Below, one piece after another: positions 1 to 9,374 of a stretch of 64,000 nucleotides of DNA. This DNA comes from a virus. The notes under the pieces are model-generated. The model worked only from the letters and a program-made list of their open reading frames with translations. It had not been told where the DNA came from and made no database searches. The position numbers and the translations under genes were made by a program. How positions within the stretch are numbered: position 1 is the first letter of the stretch; each line of letters opens with the position of its first letter. Where the stretch lies: the IMG/VR virus record IMGVR_UViG_3300042691_041392; one strand, given 5' to 3'.

Positions 1-495
1 TATCACGGTGGTCTTTATATTCCAAAAAATAAAGACAAGGTAATAAAATTAAATACTCAAGGAGGTCTTTTTTATAGAAGTTCTTGGGAGAAAAAGATAA
101 TGACATGGTTAGATTTAAAACCGGAAATAACTAAATGGGGTGCTGAGTGCTTACAGATACCATATCAAATGACACACTTTGAAAATGGAGATACAAGAGT
201 TAAAAACCATGTATATCATGTTGATTTTTATTATGAAATGAGAATTAATGGTGTTTTGAAACAAGTTGTAGCTGAAGTTAAACCACAAAAAGAATACGCA
301 TTTGTACAAGCATTAACTGAAGGTAGGCTTCAAGTACCTGAGGATAAAGGTAAGAAGTTAAAAAACTTCGAGTATGACCTAAAAATGGCGTATAAAAATA
401 AACAAAAATGGGAAACAATGATAAACTGGTGTAACAAAAAGGGTTATGACTTTATAATCATAACAGAAGAACACCTAAAGAAATTTAATGTTTAA
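1..495 (+). CDS. Head completion nuclease (T4 gp4-like, TnsA-type PD-(D/E)xK); 5' end lies outside the window
   Basis: Frame is open from base 1: YHGGLYIPKNKDK...FYRSSWE, then W-x-x-E...IPY, YHVDFY, EVKP and KW...W...G..F.IITE, the gp4-family motif order. Confidence 0.8.
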   Translation, partial: YHGGLYIPKNKDKVIKLNTQGGLFYRSSWEKKIMTWLDLKPEITKWGAECLQIPYQMTHFENGDTRVKNHVYHVDFYYEMRINGVLKQVVAEVKPQKEYAFVQALTEGRLQVPEDKGKKLKNFEYDLKMAYKNKQKWETMINWCNKKGYDFIIITEEHLKKFNV

Positions 496-833
496 GTAAA
501 TCTATAAAATAATATAGTTAAATAAATTGATATTAGTAATATAGGATGTAGATCTACATAAACTTTATAAATTCTATTTGAGATATGATAAAGTAAAAAT
601 TTTGTAAATCCTAATAATATTATCATAAGAAATAAAACACTAAAACTTGAAAATAAACCAATTATTGGCCAAATAATTGAAGTTGTTTTTATCAAGTAAT
701 AAAGTATATCAATTTTTTTTATTTGACTTGAATCTTTTTTCTTAAAAAATATATCTAATCTTTTTCTATTGGAAAAATAAAAAATCTCATTTAATGTAAA
801 TAAAATTAAGGCTAAATAGAACAATGTATTCAT
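492..833 (-). CDS. Hypothetical membrane protein (3-4 hydrophobic segments)
   Basis: ORF track; long hydrophobic stretches. Confidence 0.55.
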   Translation of the reverse strand: MNTLFYLALILFTLNEIFYFSNRKRLDIFFKKKDSSQIKKIDILYYLIKTTSIIWPIIGLFSSFSVLFLMIILLGFTKFLLYHISNRIYKVYVDLHPILLISIYLTILFYRFT

Positions 834-1132
834 ATCGTTTCTTTAATTATTAATTCAGACATATTCAACAAATTTTTAAACTGGTGTTGATATATTCTAA
901 TTGATTTATCCTTTGTGAGTTTTTCAAAGAGTGAATCTTCTATAAAAGCAACTAGCTCATCACCAACCGTTCTTTCATATTCATCTGGTATATTATTTTC
1001 ATTTCTACCATCATAAATAGAATTTATATATTTAATTCTTTCTTGTGTGTCTAAATGTATTGAACAACCATCTTGTATTGGAGACTTACCTCGAATAGAT
1101 TCTTCCCAAAATTGTAATACGACTTTATTCAT
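830..1132 (-). CDS. Hypothetical protein
   Basis: ORF overlapping the next gene by 4 nt (ATGA coupling). Confidence 0.6.
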   Translation of the reverse strand: MNKVVLQFWEESIRGKSPIQDGCSIHLDTQERIKYINSIYDGRNENNIPDEYERTVGDELVAFIEDSLFEKLTKDKSIRIYQHQFKNLLNMSELIIKETI

Positions 1133-1174
1133 AATATAATATTTAAACTTTGTATTAAAATTAATAAAAAAGTT

Positions 1175-1309
1175 TTAATTAAACTTATCAATCTTTATAT
1201 CTCTATTTACTTTACTACATAATGGTTGTAAGTTAGTATAGTGATTTAACCTTATAACATCATTTTCACTATTTACAGAAGATATTGGTATGATATGATC
1301 AATATCCAT
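1175..1309 (-). pseudogene. 3' remnant of an HNH homing endonuclease
   Basis: Manual translation MDIDHIIPISSVNSENDVIRLNHYTNLQPLCSKVNRDIKIDKFN*, near-identical to the C-termini of the HNHs at 6733-7422 and 44920-45696; the N-terminal part is missing. Confidence 0.85.
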
Positions 1310-1374
1310 ACTTAATTGTTGATAGAATGGTTACAACAATTTTAAAAGAAGAAGAAATTTTAGAAGAAAAATAG

Positions 1375-1402
1375 AAAAAACCCAGTTTAAAACTGGGTTT
1401 TT
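1375..1402. terminator. Bidirectional intrinsic terminator
   Basis: A-tract, cccagttt/aaactggg stem, T-tract. Confidence 0.75.
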
Positions 1403-1557
1403 CCCTTCCATATACTTTTGATTTTTCTCTTTATTCTACCTATTCTACCTTCAAGTTCAAATTTAGCCCCGCTAAAACCCGGAGAACTGACTATATCAAA
1501 TGGAAATAAAACTTGAACAGTCACTTTATCCCAATCTTTTATGTCTTTATTTTTCAT
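1387..1557 (-). CDS. Small hypothetical protein (56 aa), not in ORF track
   Basis: MKNKDIKDWDKVTVQVLFPFDIVSSPGFSGAKFELEGRIGRIKRKIKSIWKGKTQF*; starts 3 nt after the sigma gene stop and ends in the terminator. Confidence 0.55.
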   Translation of the reverse strand: MKNKDIKDWDKVTVQVLFPFDIVSSPGFSGAKFELEGRIGRIKRKIKSIWKGKTQF

Positions 1558-1560
1558 ATT

Positions 1561-1926
1561 CTATAAAGAGTGTAATCCCATACCTTCGTTAGAACCTTCG
1601 ATAGAGATCAATCTAATTTGGTGTTCATTATCACCTTTCTTTTTATAAAGGTCATTATATCCTTTTGCTATTCCTCTTTTAAAGATCTCAGTGAAATATG
1701 CAAAAGCATTTACTGATTTTTCTTCATTAAAGTTATACCAGTTTTGGAATACATAAAGTAATCCACTTTGATAACAATCTAATTTATCATCATTAGACCA
1801 ATATCTCATTTTTTTTATTGTTTTCTTAGCAAGAAGCTCTAACATTTTTTGAGCATTTCTTGTTAATCTTCCTTGTGCTTTACTTACTACTAATTCAATA
1901 TATAATTCTCTGTTATTTAAATACAT
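1561..1926 (-). CDS. Late-transcription sigma factor, T4 gp55-like (short, 121 aa)
   Basis: YLNNREL start and DDKLDC..G......NFNEEKS.NAFAYFTEI motif typical of gp55 homologues. Confidence 0.75.
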   Translation of the reverse strand: MYLNNRELYIELVVSKAQGRLTRNAQKMLELLAKKTIKKMRYWSNDDKLDCYQSGLLYVFQNWYNFNEEKSVNAFAYFTEIFKRGIAKGYNDLYKKKGDNEHQIRLISIEGSNEGMGLHSL

Positions 1927-2021
1927 CCATAATCATTTATTTTTTAAGCTTATAACATCATAAGCTTATGATTTTCGATGTCCTTCATGTTATATATTAA
2001 TTATAAAAAAAAGTTTAAATG

Positions 2022-2050
2022 AAAAAACCCTCTTGAATAAGAGGGTTTTT
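2022..2050. terminator. Intrinsic terminator
   Basis: aaaaaaccctctt gaat aagagggttttt. Confidence 0.8.
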
Positions 2051-2067
2051 AAAATATTTATATTTAA

Positions 2068-3351
2068 TTAGAATTTAATTCTTTCTTTATATTGTAATTC
2101 TTTAACACCTTTTAACTCAGCATCTAAATTTTCTTTTCTTTTATTTAGATTATTTAAAGCTGTAGTTAAAACCTCAGATTCACCAATCATCTTGATAGAA
2201 CCTTTAAGTTTATCAATGTTAAAGTTAACATCTTCTAATTTTAAGGTAATTTCTCTTTCTTTATCTTCAAGTTTTCTTTTAACTATTAACTCTTTACCTA
2301 ATTTATTTTCGAAGAAATAAGTTAGATCATAGTTTAATTCATTTCTAACTTCATTAACCAATTCTATAGCTGATTCGTATTTAAAGAATGAATTACCATA
2401 TCTTTCATCACATCTGTATAAGAAAGTTGCGTTTTTATAGTTGAATGCGAAACACTCTAAATAAGGGTTAATTAAGTTATTAACTCTTTTAACAACATCT
2501 AATTCAACAAATTTATCTAAGTTTTTAGAAGTTTCTAATAAAATTGGATAAAAGTTTTTATTTACAATAGGAATAATTGGAGAATTAAATAAACTTTCTA
2601 ATGTAGTTTCTTCATTCATTTCATCATCATTAACAAATACCTTACCTTTTTTAGCAACTGATAAACCAATATTTAAATATTCAGAAATTCTAAAATTAAC
2701 TCTATCTTCTGTAATAGTAGCATATTTCATAGCCGTTTCTAACATTCTCAATGTTTTTAAATCCTCTTCGTTTTTAACATTGTTTTCTAAAAGAGTTTTC
2801 TCAACATTGTTATCAGTTAAAAGGAACCAAGAATCTTTAACTAAAGCAATATGTCCATCTTCAACAGATTCAACAATAGTAAAAATAGATTCTCCTTTAC
2901 CACCACTCAATAAGTTAGTTTTTTGTTCAGGTGATTTAGTTAAGTTATGTACAAATAATTTAACTTCAGGAACCCAGTCATAAACAGATAACTCATTAAG
3001 AACTTTAGACATTCTATCATTATCACTCTCTAAGTTAATAGTTTGTAAAAGTACATTAATTGGTTGTCTGTAAAGTTCACCTTGATTTTTCGAATTAAGA
3101 ACATTATATAAATTTTTCAATTCATATAATAATTCAAAATTTTTCATATCATCATTTAAATTCTCTAATAGAGACTTTACACTTTTATCATAAGTATATG
3201 GCTTAAGTCTTTCATTTAAAGAAAGAATAATAGTTTTCTCAGAAGCTTCGTTACAAGCATTCATGTGACCTTCAACTATTACAGATATCTCGTCTTGTTC
3301 AAGACTTAAATTCTTCTTAAAGTTAAATAATTCAAGTTTTAGATTCTTCAT
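2068..3351 (-). CDS. Hypothetical protein, probably virion-related, with C-terminal coiled coil
   Basis: 427-aa ORF with TAATATATA promoter upstream and terminator downstream. Confidence 0.6.
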   Translation of the reverse strand: MKNLKLELFNFKKNLSLEQDEISVIVEGHMNACNEASEKTIILSLNERLKPYTYDKSVKSLLENLNDDMKNFELLYELKNLYNVLNSKNQGELYRQPINVLLQTINLESDNDRMSKVLNELSVYDWVPEVKLFVHNLTKSPEQKTNLLSGGKGESIFTIVESVEDGHIALVKDSWFLLTDNNVEKTLLENNVKNEEDLKTLRMLETAMKYATITEDRVNFRISEYLNIGLSVAKKGKVFVNDDEMNEETTLESLFNSPIIPIVNKNFYPILLETSKNLDKFVELDVVKRVNNLINPYLECFAFNYKNATFLYRCDERYGNSFFKYESAIELVNEVRNELNYDLTYFFENKLGKELIVKRKLEDKEREITLKLEDVNFNIDKLKGSIKMIGESEVLTTALNNLNKRKENLDAELKGVKELQYKERIKF

Positions 3352-3418
3352 ATTTGTGTAATATTTTTTTAATTTATAGAGTATATATTAAGTCAAAAAA
3401 ATCATTTTTTTCCATTTT

Positions 3419-4432
3419 TTATTGACCCGGATTACCTCTATTTGGATCATTGTAATTACCACTAGCTCTTTCTCTAGCTCGTAATATTGTATCGAACCAT
3501 CTTGTTCTTTTTGGTTGAATAGATCTAAAGTCTGCGTTGGCATACGATCCATAAAAATCAGAACCACCAACAGATCCGTAAGTATTGTAAAAACTACCAG
3601 TTACCCCATATGCAACATCTGGAACTCTAGCATTTATATTAACACCAGGTATAGAATATGGATCCGTACTAACAGGTTGACCCGTCAATGAATTAGGAAG
3701 AGGTGGAGAAACATAATCTCTAACCTTACTATTTATATCATAACCATTTAAATCTGATTCACCACTACCATAAGATCTTGGGTAACCAACATCATTTATT
3801 CTATCCGCTCTAAATGCTGGATAATATGTTTCAACCGTAAAAGAAACTTTCAAAGATATTTTATTATCAGATGTTAGGTTTTTCTCTCTAGACATCTGAA
3901 CTGTATTACTATCCGGCATAGTCAATACCGCATCAATGTTCATAAAATTATGTTCAAAGTACATAAATTTGTATATCCAAAGGGTATTCATTATAGATTG
4001 ACTACATTTGAATGTATCAATCTCAGATGATAGTAGTATTTCTAAGTCATAGTTAACAGAAATTGGAACAGCTCTAACCTTAGCTAACGTTTTTCTAATT
4101 TCAACCTCATTCTCAACAACCATTCTCAACCAAACATTTGGGTTAGCAAATTCATCAGACTTTATATTAAATCCTGTTAGTGTTAGATGTCCTCTTGGTA
4201 TAATATCAGTATTAAGTTCAACATATCTATTCTCAGAAACAATATCATCCGAAAATGAATCTAAAAGAAATCTTTCATCACCAGTCAATGAATAATAAAT
4301 AGGAACTTGTACAAAAACATCACCCGATGTAAATCTATTTAACCATTTAATTTGTCCTTCTAAAGTATCAAGTACACAAACAGTTAAATCTCTGAAAAAA
4401 ACATCTTCAAAATTAAATCTTTCACCAATCAT
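3419..4432 (-). CDS. Tail sheath stabiliser/terminator (T4 gp15-like)
   Basis: VPIYY..G.ERFL, PRGHLTLTG, VPISVNYDLEI...D......I, FTVETYYP motif series. Confidence 0.7.
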   Translation of the reverse strand: MIGERFNFEDVFFRDLTVCVLDTLEGQIKWLNRFTSGDVFVQVPIYYSLTGDERFLLDSFSDDIVSENRYVELNTDIIPRGHLTLTGFNIKSDEFANPNVWLRMVVENEVEIRKTLAKVRAVPISVNYDLEILLSSEIDTFKCSQSIMNTLWIYKFMYFEHNFMNIDAVLTMPDSNTVQMSREKNLTSDNKISLKVSFTVETYYPAFRADRINDVGYPRSYGSGESDLNGYDINSKVRDYVSPPLPNSLTGQPVSTDPYSIPGVNINARVPDVAYGVTGSFYNTYGSVGGSDFYGSYANADFRSIQPKRTRWFDTILRARERASGNYNDPNRGNPGQ

Positions 4433-4500
4433 AATGATATATATTAAATAAACTTTCTTTCTATTATCACATATATTGAATACTAAAATTGAGGAATATT

Positions 4501-5463
4501 ATGGCAGTTAACTTATTATTATGGGAAAAATGGAGACCAAAAAAAATTGAGGATTTAATTCTTTTACCAAGAATTAGAAAACATTTCGAAAATGGTGTTA
4601 ATCAACACTACATATTTTATGGTCACTGGGGTACTGGTAAAACCAGTTTATCTAGAATATTAATCGGAAAATACTCAAAAGAAACTCCATTCATGGAAGT
4701 TAACTGCTCAGAAGAAACATCCATTGACTTTTTAAGAGAAGAAATATCAACATTTTGTAGAACAAAACCAATGTTTAGTGATTCCGATGTTAAATATGTT
4801 TTTTTAGATGAGTTTGAAAGAGTATCAGCTCAATTTCAAGATGCGTTTAAAGCTTTTATTGAAAAGTATAACGATAAAGGTGTTATTTTTATTCTAACAA
4901 CAAATCACATAGAAAAGATTGGAGGTGGATTAAAATCAAGAATAAAAATGTTAAACTTTGATTGCGAAAGTGTAGAAGAAGAAAGATATCTCAAAAAAGA
5001 ATTTTTTAACAGAATTAAAAGTGTTATTCTACCAGCCGAGGGAAAAGATGTTCCGAAAGAAGAATTAATAAGAATAGTGACAAAAAGGTTTCCAGATTTC
5101 AGAAATACATTAGTTGAATTACAAGATTATTTAGAAACTGGTACAAGTAGTATTAGCGGAAATATATCAAATAAGGTTAAACAAGAACTGTATGATGTTT
5201 TATTCAATACCGATACTAATTATGATAAAATTTATCACTTTTTAATGGGTACATTTGGAGCTGAAAAAATAGATCAAATGATCAAGATATTAGGTAGACC
5301 ATTAGTTGATTATGTTGTTAATAACTATCCAGATAAAGTTGATAAATTATTTGAATGTAATTATATCATAACAGACTATTCATCGAAATTAGATTCAAAT
5401 ACAACCGATCCATTAATATTAGGAATGACAATAATTGGAAAATTAAAGGAATTACTAAATTAA
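4501..5463 (+). CDS. Sliding-clamp loader ATPase subunit (T4 gp44/RFC-like)
   Basis: WEKWRP, Walker A GHWGTGKT, Walker B VFLDEFE, FILTTN, SR, FPDFR; ATG at 4501 preferred over TTG at 4489. Confidence 0.9.
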   Translation: MAVNLLLWEKWRPKKIEDLILLPRIRKHFENGVNQHYIFYGHWGTGKTSLSRILIGKYSKETPFMEVNCSEETSIDFLREEISTFCRTKPMFSDSDVKYVFLDEFERVSAQFQDAFKAFIEKYNDKGVIFILTTNHIEKIGGGLKSRIKMLNFDCESVEEERYLKKEFFNRIKSVILPAEGKDVPKEELIRIVTKRFPDFRNTLVELQDYLETGTSSISGNISNKVKQELYDVLFNTDTNYDKIYHFLMGTFGAEKIDQMIKILGRPLVDYVVNNYPDKVDKLFECNYIITDYSSKLDSNTTDPLILGMTIIGKLKELLN

Positions 5464-5473
5464 TATATAGTTT

Positions 5474-5851
5474 ATGGCAAACTATAATTTCACTGACTTT
5501 TATTTAGGATACCCAGAACATCCAAGATTTAAAGATTTAACTCTAATAGAAGATGATGTTATAAGAGTAATTGTTCAAAAGTGGGAAATGATATTATTCA
5601 CTAATAAAGGTGAGGTTTTTGCTCAGCCGGATTTTGGTGGTAATTTAAATTACTATTTATATGAAACTAGACTTTCAGCAGAAACAATTAAAGATGAGTT
5701 AAATGCTCAAATATCAGCTTATATACCAGAAATAAATGGAATTCCATATACATTAGAAGTCAGCTTTTTTGAAGATCCAGAAAGGTATCAGGAGTTCATG
5801 GAAGTATATTTTCAAATAAGAGATTTGGATGTATTCTTGGTAGTTGCTTAA
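5474..5851 (+). CDS. Baseplate wedge subunit, gp25-like
   Basis: ILFTNKGEV..QPDFG..L..YLYE motif. Confidence 0.8.
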   Translation: MANYNFTDFYLGYPEHPRFKDLTLIEDDVIRVIVQKWEMILFTNKGEVFAQPDFGGNLNYYLYETRLSAETIKDELNAQISAYIPEINGIPYTLEVSFFEDPERYQEFMEVYFQIRDLDVFLVVA

Positions 5852-6054
5852 AATCTATAATGTTCATTTATAAATCTTAAAAAATCATGAATATAATTTT
5901 CTTTTATTTTTTTAGGTAAATCTTTAAATTTTATATTATCAGTCCAATCTTTATTAAAAACCCACTTCATATTTTTCGGAGCCTTCTTTTTAGACTTATA
6001 TTTACGACGCATCGCCCAAATATATCTAAACTGTTGTTTACTTTTCGATGGCAT
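5848..6054 (-). CDS. Small basic protein (MP-x-KSK-x-Q, DUF3008-like)
   Basis: MPSKSKQQFR...KDLPKK; C-terminal IHDFLRFINE. Confidence 0.55.
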   Translation of the reverse strand: MPSKSKQQFRYIWAMRRKYKSKKKAPKNMKWVFNKDWTDNIKFKDLPKKIKENYIHDFLRFINEHYRF

Positions 6055-6065
6055 AATTTAATATT

Positions 6066-6722
6066 TTATTTTATTGGACAAAAAGTTGCTGAATAAATGA
6101 AGTTTTCATTTCTTTTTAACTTAACACCCATAACTCTAGCAGCCTCTTCAACATCTTCTAAACATTCTCTATCAGCACCACCAACTAGAATAACATCTCT
6201 AACTTCACCTAATTCTTCATTAACACTTTGAGCCTCTGTTATTTGAATAAATAAATCATGTAGTTTTTTAGGTAAGTGATACCATTTATGATTATTACCA
6301 ATATAAATAATCATAGTACCTTCTTTAGTTGGAAAACTATCACCTTTAACTAATTCATTTTTATCTTCTTTTTCCTTAACATCTTCATAAACATCCGTAT
6401 CCAAAACTGGTTTGAAAAAGTCAGCGTTAACGTCATAATTATACCTTTTCTCAATTAAATCCTTCTGATTTGGAAAGTGATAAAGGTCTTTGTGAACTGG
6501 AATTTCAGGATCTTTATCATATAAATAATCTTTATCAACATTTTTACCTAGATGATGATTATCCCATATTTGATAAACTCTATTGAAATTCTTACAATAT
6601 TTTTTTAACTCACTTAAATAGTTTTCTGTGAAAAATTTTTTAAATGATTTTTGAACATCAACTATTATAAGAATATCATTATTATCAATATTGTATTTTT
6701 CAAACCTTTTCAAATATCTCAT
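6066..6722 (-). CDS. Isochorismatase/nicotinamidase-like cysteine hydrolase
   Basis: ILIIVDVQ (Asp), IEKRY (Lys) and VILVGGADREC (Cys) in catalytic-triad order. Confidence 0.65.
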   Translation of the reverse strand: MRYLKRFEKYNIDNNDILIIVDVQKSFKKFFTENYLSELKKYCKNFNRVYQIWDNHHLGKNVDKDYLYDKDPEIPVHKDLYHFPNQKDLIEKRYNYDVNADFFKPVLDTDVYEDVKEKEDKNELVKGDSFPTKEGTMIIYIGNNHKWYHLPKKLHDLFIQITEAQSVNEELGEVRDVILVGGADRECLEDVEEAARVMGVKLKRNENFIYSATFCPIK

Positions 6723-6732
6723 AATATATATA

Positions 6733-7422
6733 TTAAAAATTAAAATCTAATTTATCTCTTTTAATATCTCTATTGACTCTACTACAAAGAGGTTGTAAAT
6801 TAGTATAGTGATTTAAACTCATTAATTCTTCATCTGTTTTAGCAGAAGATAGTGGTATTATATGATCAATATCCCAACCATAATTTAATTCACCATTATA
6901 TAAACCATAGTTATTCCAATCCATCCAATATTCAAATTTCGACTCTAAATGTAATTTTAATTCTTCAAATGAACATCCAACTATTTCACTTGTTTTAGTT
7001 TTCTTAACTTTTAAAAACCTTTTAACCATAGACCTTGCGGAATTTTTGATGATTTTATTAGGATCTTTCATAACAACATTGTGATAATAATTCTTTTTAT
7101 ACTCTTTTATCTTTTCAAGATTATCAGATCTCCATTTTTTATAATTTTCACTTTTTTTATCTTTATTCAAAATAGCATAATTTCTATCATATTCCTTTTT
7201 AAATTCTAAATTATCTATATACCACTTTTTGCTTTTATCATTACATTTTTGTTTATTTGAAATATAATATTCTTTTTTATACTCTTTATTTTTATTTTTA
7301 TTTTTCTCAGAGTAAACTTTTCTACAATCTTTACAATCATGTCTATATCCATCTTTACTCGAGCTTAATTTCCCAAATAGTTCAAAGCTTTTTTCTTGTT
7401 TACAAGTACAACAAATCTTCAT
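6733..7422 (-). mobile_element. Free-standing HNH homing endonuclease with N-terminal Zn finger
   Basis: CCTC...CKDC; GCSFEELK.HLE; WDIDHIIPLSS...NHYTNLQPLC...N. Confidence 0.85.
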
Positions 7423-7431
7423 TTCTGTAAA

Positions 7432-7890
7432 TTATTTTTCCCAAGTATATCTATATTCAAAATAAATATGAGTATCCATGAAATCAGGATAAGCTGAATA
7501 ATAAGGAATTTCACATCTTTTAAGAAACTGATTTATCCCCAAGTAAAGTTCCTCAATATCATTACCATTTATATGTTCCCATCTATCAACCCACAATTCA
7601 ATTAATAGTTCATATCTTTCACTTTCTATTATACCTTCTAAATTATCAAACCAAGGTCCTACTTTGAGTTGATCACCATCAAAACTTATCATAGTACAAT
7701 GATCCATATTACTATCCGGATATGGATATAAAACTGAAAAATTTATATCTATTGGTGTTAAAATTTTAGCAGAATCACAGGATGATAAAATAACATCTTT
7801 AAACTCATATGGATCTAAAAACCAATATTTATTAATAATCTGTTCTAATTCAGACTGACTTTTGAAATTTTCAAATAATTTTATTATCAT
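7432..7890 (-). CDS. Hypothetical protein with N-terminal IKLFENF tag
   Basis: ORF; TAATATATA motif at 7895-7903. Confidence 0.6.
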   Translation of the reverse strand: MIIKLFENFKSQSELEQIINKYWFLDPYEFKDVILSSCDSAKILTPIDINFSVLYPYPDSNMDHCTMISFDGDQLKVGPWFDNLEGIIESERYELLIELWVDRWEHINGNDIEELYLGINQFLKRCEIPYYSAYPDFMDTHIYFEYRYTWEK

Positions 7891-7942
7891 TATTTATATA
7901 TTAAAAACAAAAGTGTTATATTTGCTTAAATATATATACATT

Positions 7943-8185
7943 ATGTTATTAAGTAAGTGGGATGTAGTAGCTGAAACAGAACAATGTGTCTTAGTTACCA
8001 TCGATGAGGATGTTGATTTGACAAATTTAGAATTAACTATTATAGACGAGTTTAGAATACCCGTAATAAAATTAAAAGTAAATACAAGAGATATTTCAAT
8101 TTGTTTACAAACGGGAAAGCCAATGTTTGCACAATTAGGTAACTCAGTTAAATATATAACTGGATCTGGTAAAAATTCTTATTAA
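7943..8185 (+). CDS. Hypothetical protein (start corrected to ATG 7943)
   Basis: MLLSKWDVVAE..., downstream of TATATTTG (7917-7924) and an AAATATATA motif. Confidence 0.5.
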   Translation: MLLSKWDVVAETEQCVLVTIDEDVDLTNLELTIIDEFRIPVIKLKVNTRDISICLQTGKPMFAQLGNSVKYITGSGKNSY

Positions 8186-8187
8186 AT

Positions 8188-8217
8188 AAAAAAGAGACTT
8201 AAAAGTCTCTTTTTTTT
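8188..8217. terminator. Bidirectional terminator between convergent genes
   Basis: aaaaaagagactt aa aagtctcttttttt. Confidence 0.8.
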
Positions 8218-8830
8218 ATAATGGAAGTTCTTCTTCTCCTTCTTCTCCTTCTTCTTGAGCTTGTCCTTGACCCTGAGTTTGTCCTTGACCCTGACCCTGA
8301 GCTTGTCCTTGTCCTTGACCCTGAGCTTGTCCTTGTCCTTGACCCTGAGCTTGTCCTTGAGGTTCTTCAAATTGTCCTTGATCTTGTCCTTGTCCTTGAG
8401 TTTGTCCTTGACCTTCGGCTTGAGTATCTACTTGTACCTGTCCTTGTCCTTGACCCTGAGCCTGTCCTTGTCCTTGACCCTGAGCCTGTCCTTGTCCTTG
8501 ACCTTGAGTCTGTCCTTGAGCACCACCCATCAAAGCGTTTCCTGGAATTTTTTCCAAATCTAAACCACTAATAGTAATATATTTTAATAATTCTTCAGCG
8601 ATTTCAACATCTCCAAAAAATTGACGAAGATTTTTACCAGTAGAATCTTTAACCTTCTTAACGTAAGAGTTAATCAAAGATTGTGGAATATCAACCATAG
8701 ATCTAACTTTATAAATATCACCAACTTGTAAAACTGATTCTTTAATAGCTTCTACAAAAGCAGATTTATTAATTGATTTTAATTTAACCTTTTCTGTTTT
8801 ATAAGATTCAAAAGTTCTAATATGTTTCAT
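8216..8830 (-). CDS. Protein with Gly-Gln low-complexity tract and acidic tail; N-terminal KHIRTFESY tag
   Basis: ORF; (QG)n repeats. Confidence 0.75.
   Translation of the reverse strand: MKHIRTFESYKTEKVKLKSINKSAFVEAIKESVLQVGDIYKVRSMVDIPQSLINSYVKKVKDSTGKNLRQFFGDVEIAEELLKYITISGLDLEKIPGNALMGGAQGQTQGQGQGQAQGQGQGQAQGQGQGQVQVDTQAEGQGQTQGQGQDQGQFEEPQGQAQGQGQGQAQGQGQGQAQGQGQGQTQGQGQAQEEGEEGEEELPL
8255..8520. repeat. Coding tandem repeat (6-nt CCTTGW units in ~24-nt higher-order units)
   Basis: Repeated ctgagcttgtccttgtccttgacc encoding GQGQGQAQ on the minus strand. Confidence 0.9.
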
Positions 8831-8888
8831 ATTTTAGCATAATTTTTTATAGGTTATATATTAATAATAAAAACTCATTTTTTTCACT

Positions 8889-9374
8889 TTATAAAGCGAT
8901 AACTGTTAACAATGTAACTACCACACCAGCTAAAAAACCACCACCGAGTGACAACCACTTAACTTTTTTAATATCTTTTTTTAAACCTTCAATTTCTGTA
9001 TTTTTATTTGTATTTTGTTTTTCACAAAGATTTACATCGGTTGTTAAATTTTTATTTTGTTGATTTAAATTCTCAATTTGTTTATCTTTATCGGTTATTT
9101 GATTATTCAATTCACTATTTAACTTCTCCAGTTTAACTATTTGTTTACTTTGCTCATCTATTATCTTTATATAAGATATATTTAAACTATCACATTTTAT
9201 TCTTGCAACTTTCATCAACTCCAATACTTCTAGTTTATTGTCTATATTTTGTGCTTGCTCTAGTGTAAAAATAACAATCTTCTCACCCTTTTCATTCAAT
9301 TCAATTTTTGGATAATCTTGTGAGAACGAACAAAAAGATATCAACATTATAAATAATAATAATATTTTACTCAT
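8889..9374 (-). CDS. Spanin-like protein (signal peptide, coiled coil, C-terminal TM)
   Basis: Hydrophobic N- and C-termini; 4-nt overlap with the upstream membrane coiled-coil gene. Confidence 0.45.
   Translation of the reverse strand: MSKILLLFIMLISFCSFSQDYPKIELNEKGEKIVIFTLEQAQNIDNKLEVLELMKVARIKCDSLNISYIKIIDEQSKQIVKLEKLNSELNNQITDKDKQIENLNQQNKNLTTDVNLCEKQNTNKNTEIEGLKKDIKKVKWLSLGGGFLAGVVVTLLTVIAL

Noticed and set aside
8255-8520. Repeat array as a possible CRISPR
   Set aside because: No unique spacers; 6/24-nt tandem units that encode protein; no cas genes
8182-8571. ORFs 8182-8370(-), 8221-8571(+) and 8255-8563(+) with LSLSL, VLVLD or KDKDK repeats
   Set aside because: Alternative-frame shadows of the Gly-Gln coding repeat; no promoter or start context
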